A DNA stretch of 64,000 bases from Dipteris shenzhenensis (Eukaryota), in assembly GCA_047967505.1 (NCBI GenBank), contig CM106538.1; one strand, given 5' to 3'. Made by a program: the position numbers and the translations under genes. Below, piece after piece: positions 60,965 to 64,000 of this stretch (positions are counted from its first letter, which is position 1; every line of letters begins with the position of its first letter). The notes beneath the pieces were generated by a model, which saw only the letters and a list, made by a program, of their open reading frames with translations, was not told the origin of the DNA and made no database searches.

Positions 60965-62940
60965 CGTTTTGGGTTCAATGCAGACGCTGAATTTCTCAGA
61001 TCGTAGTATCAAACGATCACAAAGTATGAAGCATTTTTTGTCCATTGCAGACCTTCGATTTCTGCTATCACACAGCATCAAACATTATGTAGGGATTCCC
61101 GCAAGCGCCAATACCTTGTTTTCACCAGGAGCACGGAATCAAAGAGCATTAGCACAGCAGATTAATTTTGCGAAACTTCGTCACCAGACAGAACCTAGAA
61201 CCGCTTTGATCTCTTATACCCTTTCCATAACAAGCCGCAGATTTCTAGCCCAGCTGAAACAAGGCTGACTACAACAATCAAATTCTCCTTGCAAGCTGCA
61301 TCACTCTATTCATGTAAATATTTCAACCGATCACACTGTTCAAGCAGACCATCAATCTAGTTCCAAATGCTTCAGTGTACGGTCGAAGTACGTAGAAAAA
61401 CTTGTACATTATTCTGTTTTTAATCGTTCCTTAATTCCTGAAATTTGCAATAATGGACTCATTTTTTGTGTAACCTCCTCATCAAGTTTTGGCTTTGTGG
61501 TTTGTGGAAAAGAAAAATCTACCTTTTACAGATTAAAGTGAGTTGCAATGAGGTTGGAATTTTGTCATCTTGCAATTGGTGCACTTCGTATTTGTATCCC
61601 TTGAAATCCTTGTGCTCCATCTTGCTATGTGTATCCCTTGAAATCCTAGTCTTTTTCTCCCGTCCTTTTTCTCTCTCTCTCCAGAGCATCACTAGAGTTC
61701 GTGATAAAGAAAAGGATATCAGAAAGCCAAAAACAGTACAGAAAAATTTTTTTCATCCTCTCAAGGAACAAGAAGAGAGTTTAGAGAATAGACACAATGT
61801 CAACCAAGATGACAACATTGTTATAGAGTCTAGATGGTCTAATGAATTTGAGGAAGATGTCAATAGAGAAGACTCCTCCTCTTCTTCTTCTTCTATCTCT
61901 CTCTTAGCTTTCAATTCGCCCCCTTGTCCGCACACCATCTCGGGCAAGCCTCTTGAATGTATTCAACTTGTTATTGTTCCTTAATTCTTGCAATTAGCAA
62001 AAAAGAATTTGTACATTTTTTGTATAGATCATGAGACCTCATGGCGCACTTTCTAATCTATGTTTGTAAGCTTCAGCTCAATTGCAATAACTAGCTACAC
62101 ATCCTAATCTCAAGCATCCATTCTTTAAAGTTACATACAATGCTCCTCCTCTCCCACGAGGAAAAATGGGTGCACCTAAAAATATGCAATGACATTTTAA
62201 CCAAAAACTTTATATAAATATACAAACAAAAGGTTTTTATTCAATTCATGACAAAATCATAAAATTAAATGTTTAATAAAGGAAAAGGAATTTAGGACCC
62301 ATATGTAGGGGTTTAAATATTAGCCCTTAAACACATATCATATGTGGGTTTTTCACAATTAAACCACAAGGTAGTACTATTTATATGTTCTAACCCGATT
62401 TCTAGCTGAGGAGCACGTGAGTGAATAGATATCTCTAGAAGTGCATGCCAATTTGTTCCATTTGTGCAAACAATTGTCATATTGATGATCGTGTACTCAT
62501 TAGAGATGTTCTGCATCATGTAGTTTCCATGACTTCCAGTGAACTCTTCATGCATGTGCATGAAAGTGCAAGGGGTTGACGGTGCAGAGGGGGTGATAGT
62601 GATTAGGACCCAGGTTCGTTAAGGGAAGATCTCACTTTTTCTAGCATCATAATTCGAGATGCCATGTTTGAATACCGAGGGGTAGTGAGTGAGAACGAAT
62701 GGCTCCTTACTGAAACAAATCACTTGAATGCATTGCTCCAACAATCTAGACAAAGGTTAGACATCAAAAATGCCTATGAGGAGCAATGTCAAATTGCAGC
62801 TTCATATCATCAACAAGCACGAGATGCATAGGCCGCACTTCAACATATCAAAGAAGGAGGCTACATTCGTAACCTTGATCCAAATTTTGTGGGCCTGCTA
62901 GTCAGAAAGCCCTACCATTTTGGAGCCCATTACTTTTGTG

Positions 62941-63075
62941 GATGATGAACCTATATGTCCTATATGCCAAGATCATTTTGATATGGTGACCAGTTATTAT
63001 GCTCTCCTATGTTGCCATTAACATCACTTGGCTTGCCATGTGAAGGTGATGGCTCAAAGAATTAGCAAAAGATAT
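62941..63075 (+). pseudogene. Degenerate RING-H2 finger fragment
   Basis: DDEPICPICQDHFDMVTSYYALLCCH*HHLAC has C-x2-C...C-x-H-x2-H-x2-C spacing with an internal stop. The final C-x2-C pair is not evident. Confidence 0.5.
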
Positions 63076-63769
63076 GCCAGCATGGAGATGGTGGGAAGAG
63101 TGTGCAACATCCACGCCTCATCTACAAGCCTTGGCCATGAAGGTATTGTCATAACTTTGTAGCAACTCCTTTAGTGAACAAACATAGAGTAACTATAAGA
63201 GAGATCAGAGAGACCTGTAAACCTCTATGGAAATGGTAAAGTGCTGGACGATGTAAAAGGGGTGTGTAGTGATGATGATATGCCAAATTGGGTAAACACA
63301 GATCTTCCAGGTCCCTTGCATGATGATGCTCTTGTGCTTACACATCCTAAGATGAATTAGATCTACAATTCGGAAGAAGAGGTGGTGGCATGATGTACCG
63401 AAGAATACTGATTTGCAAAACTGAATGATTGAAATAGCATGTAGCATGTTCCTAAAACATGTAACATTTGGAATACAATACTCAAAACTCAATTCTTGAA
63501 ATAACATAATGCAAGTTAGAAATTTGCAAATACAACATGGGAACTTTTTATAATTTCTCGCAACATCTCAAAAATCCATTAACAAAATTGATGTATGTCA
63601 TTACAATAGATGTCCAAAGTGCAACGGCATCACTAACTTGGATAGGAGTCCCAACATGTTATAGTCTACCCAACTGAGGATCAGATGATAATATTGCTCT
63701 AATGCCAAGAATATCATACAATTGTCGAGCCAGAGGAGCATTATGGGTTGGACATGCACTCCTAGCATG

Positions 63770-63819
<50 letters not shown>

Positions 63820-63826
63820 CCTCCCT

Positions 63827-63858
<32 letters not shown>
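63770..63858. repeat. (CT)n/C-rich polypyrimidine microsatellite
   Basis: CT runs flanking a CCCT/C tract. Confidence 0.95.
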
Positions 63859-64000
63859 ATCCTACATGTCAGCTAGGTCGAGGCAATTTCGACTGGCCGA
63901 AGCAAGCCACCACCTGGCCCTAAAAGATACACACAAAACTAAAAATAGAAGCAAAAAACTCACTAAAGGGAAGGTGATCCAAGTATTGCAGGATTTTGGT

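Noticed and set aside
60418-61268. Overlapping alternative-frame and antisense ORFs over NPF exon 4
   Set aside because: Expected by-products of GC-rich coding sequence, with no recognisable domains.
63205-63600. Possible SWIM zinc-finger remnant on the minus strand
   Set aside because: Cys/His spacing could not be reconstructed in a consistent frame.

Overview
Eukaryotic land-plant genomic DNA, probably from a non-seed plant (an inference from the TE types and gene style), dominated by nested transposable elements. There is one clearly intact host gene: a 4-coding-exon NPF/PTR (nitrate/peptide transporter family) gene at 58665-60964 (+). The TE content includes a decayed L1-type LINE split by a 1.3-kb TIR element with a TTAA target duplication and CACTAG termini (piggyBac-like), two Ty1/Copia elements, a decayed Ty3/Gypsy, tandemly duplicated LTR-PBS(Met) units, a Sola2-like transposase relic and nested foldback elements. 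A ~15-kb complex of two related CACTA (En/Spm) copies stands out. In it the TnpD transposase and a TnpA-like gene appear to be transcribed divergently from a central promoter carrying the same palindrome as the subterminal repeats, and a multi-kb self-complementary satellite lies in the 5'UTR intron. A CpG-rich island at ~35.0-36.2 kb has no recognisable ORF but contains a ~450-nt nested fold-back that is a candidate structured ncRNA. All calls come from reading the sequence by eye; no database searches or folding programs were run.
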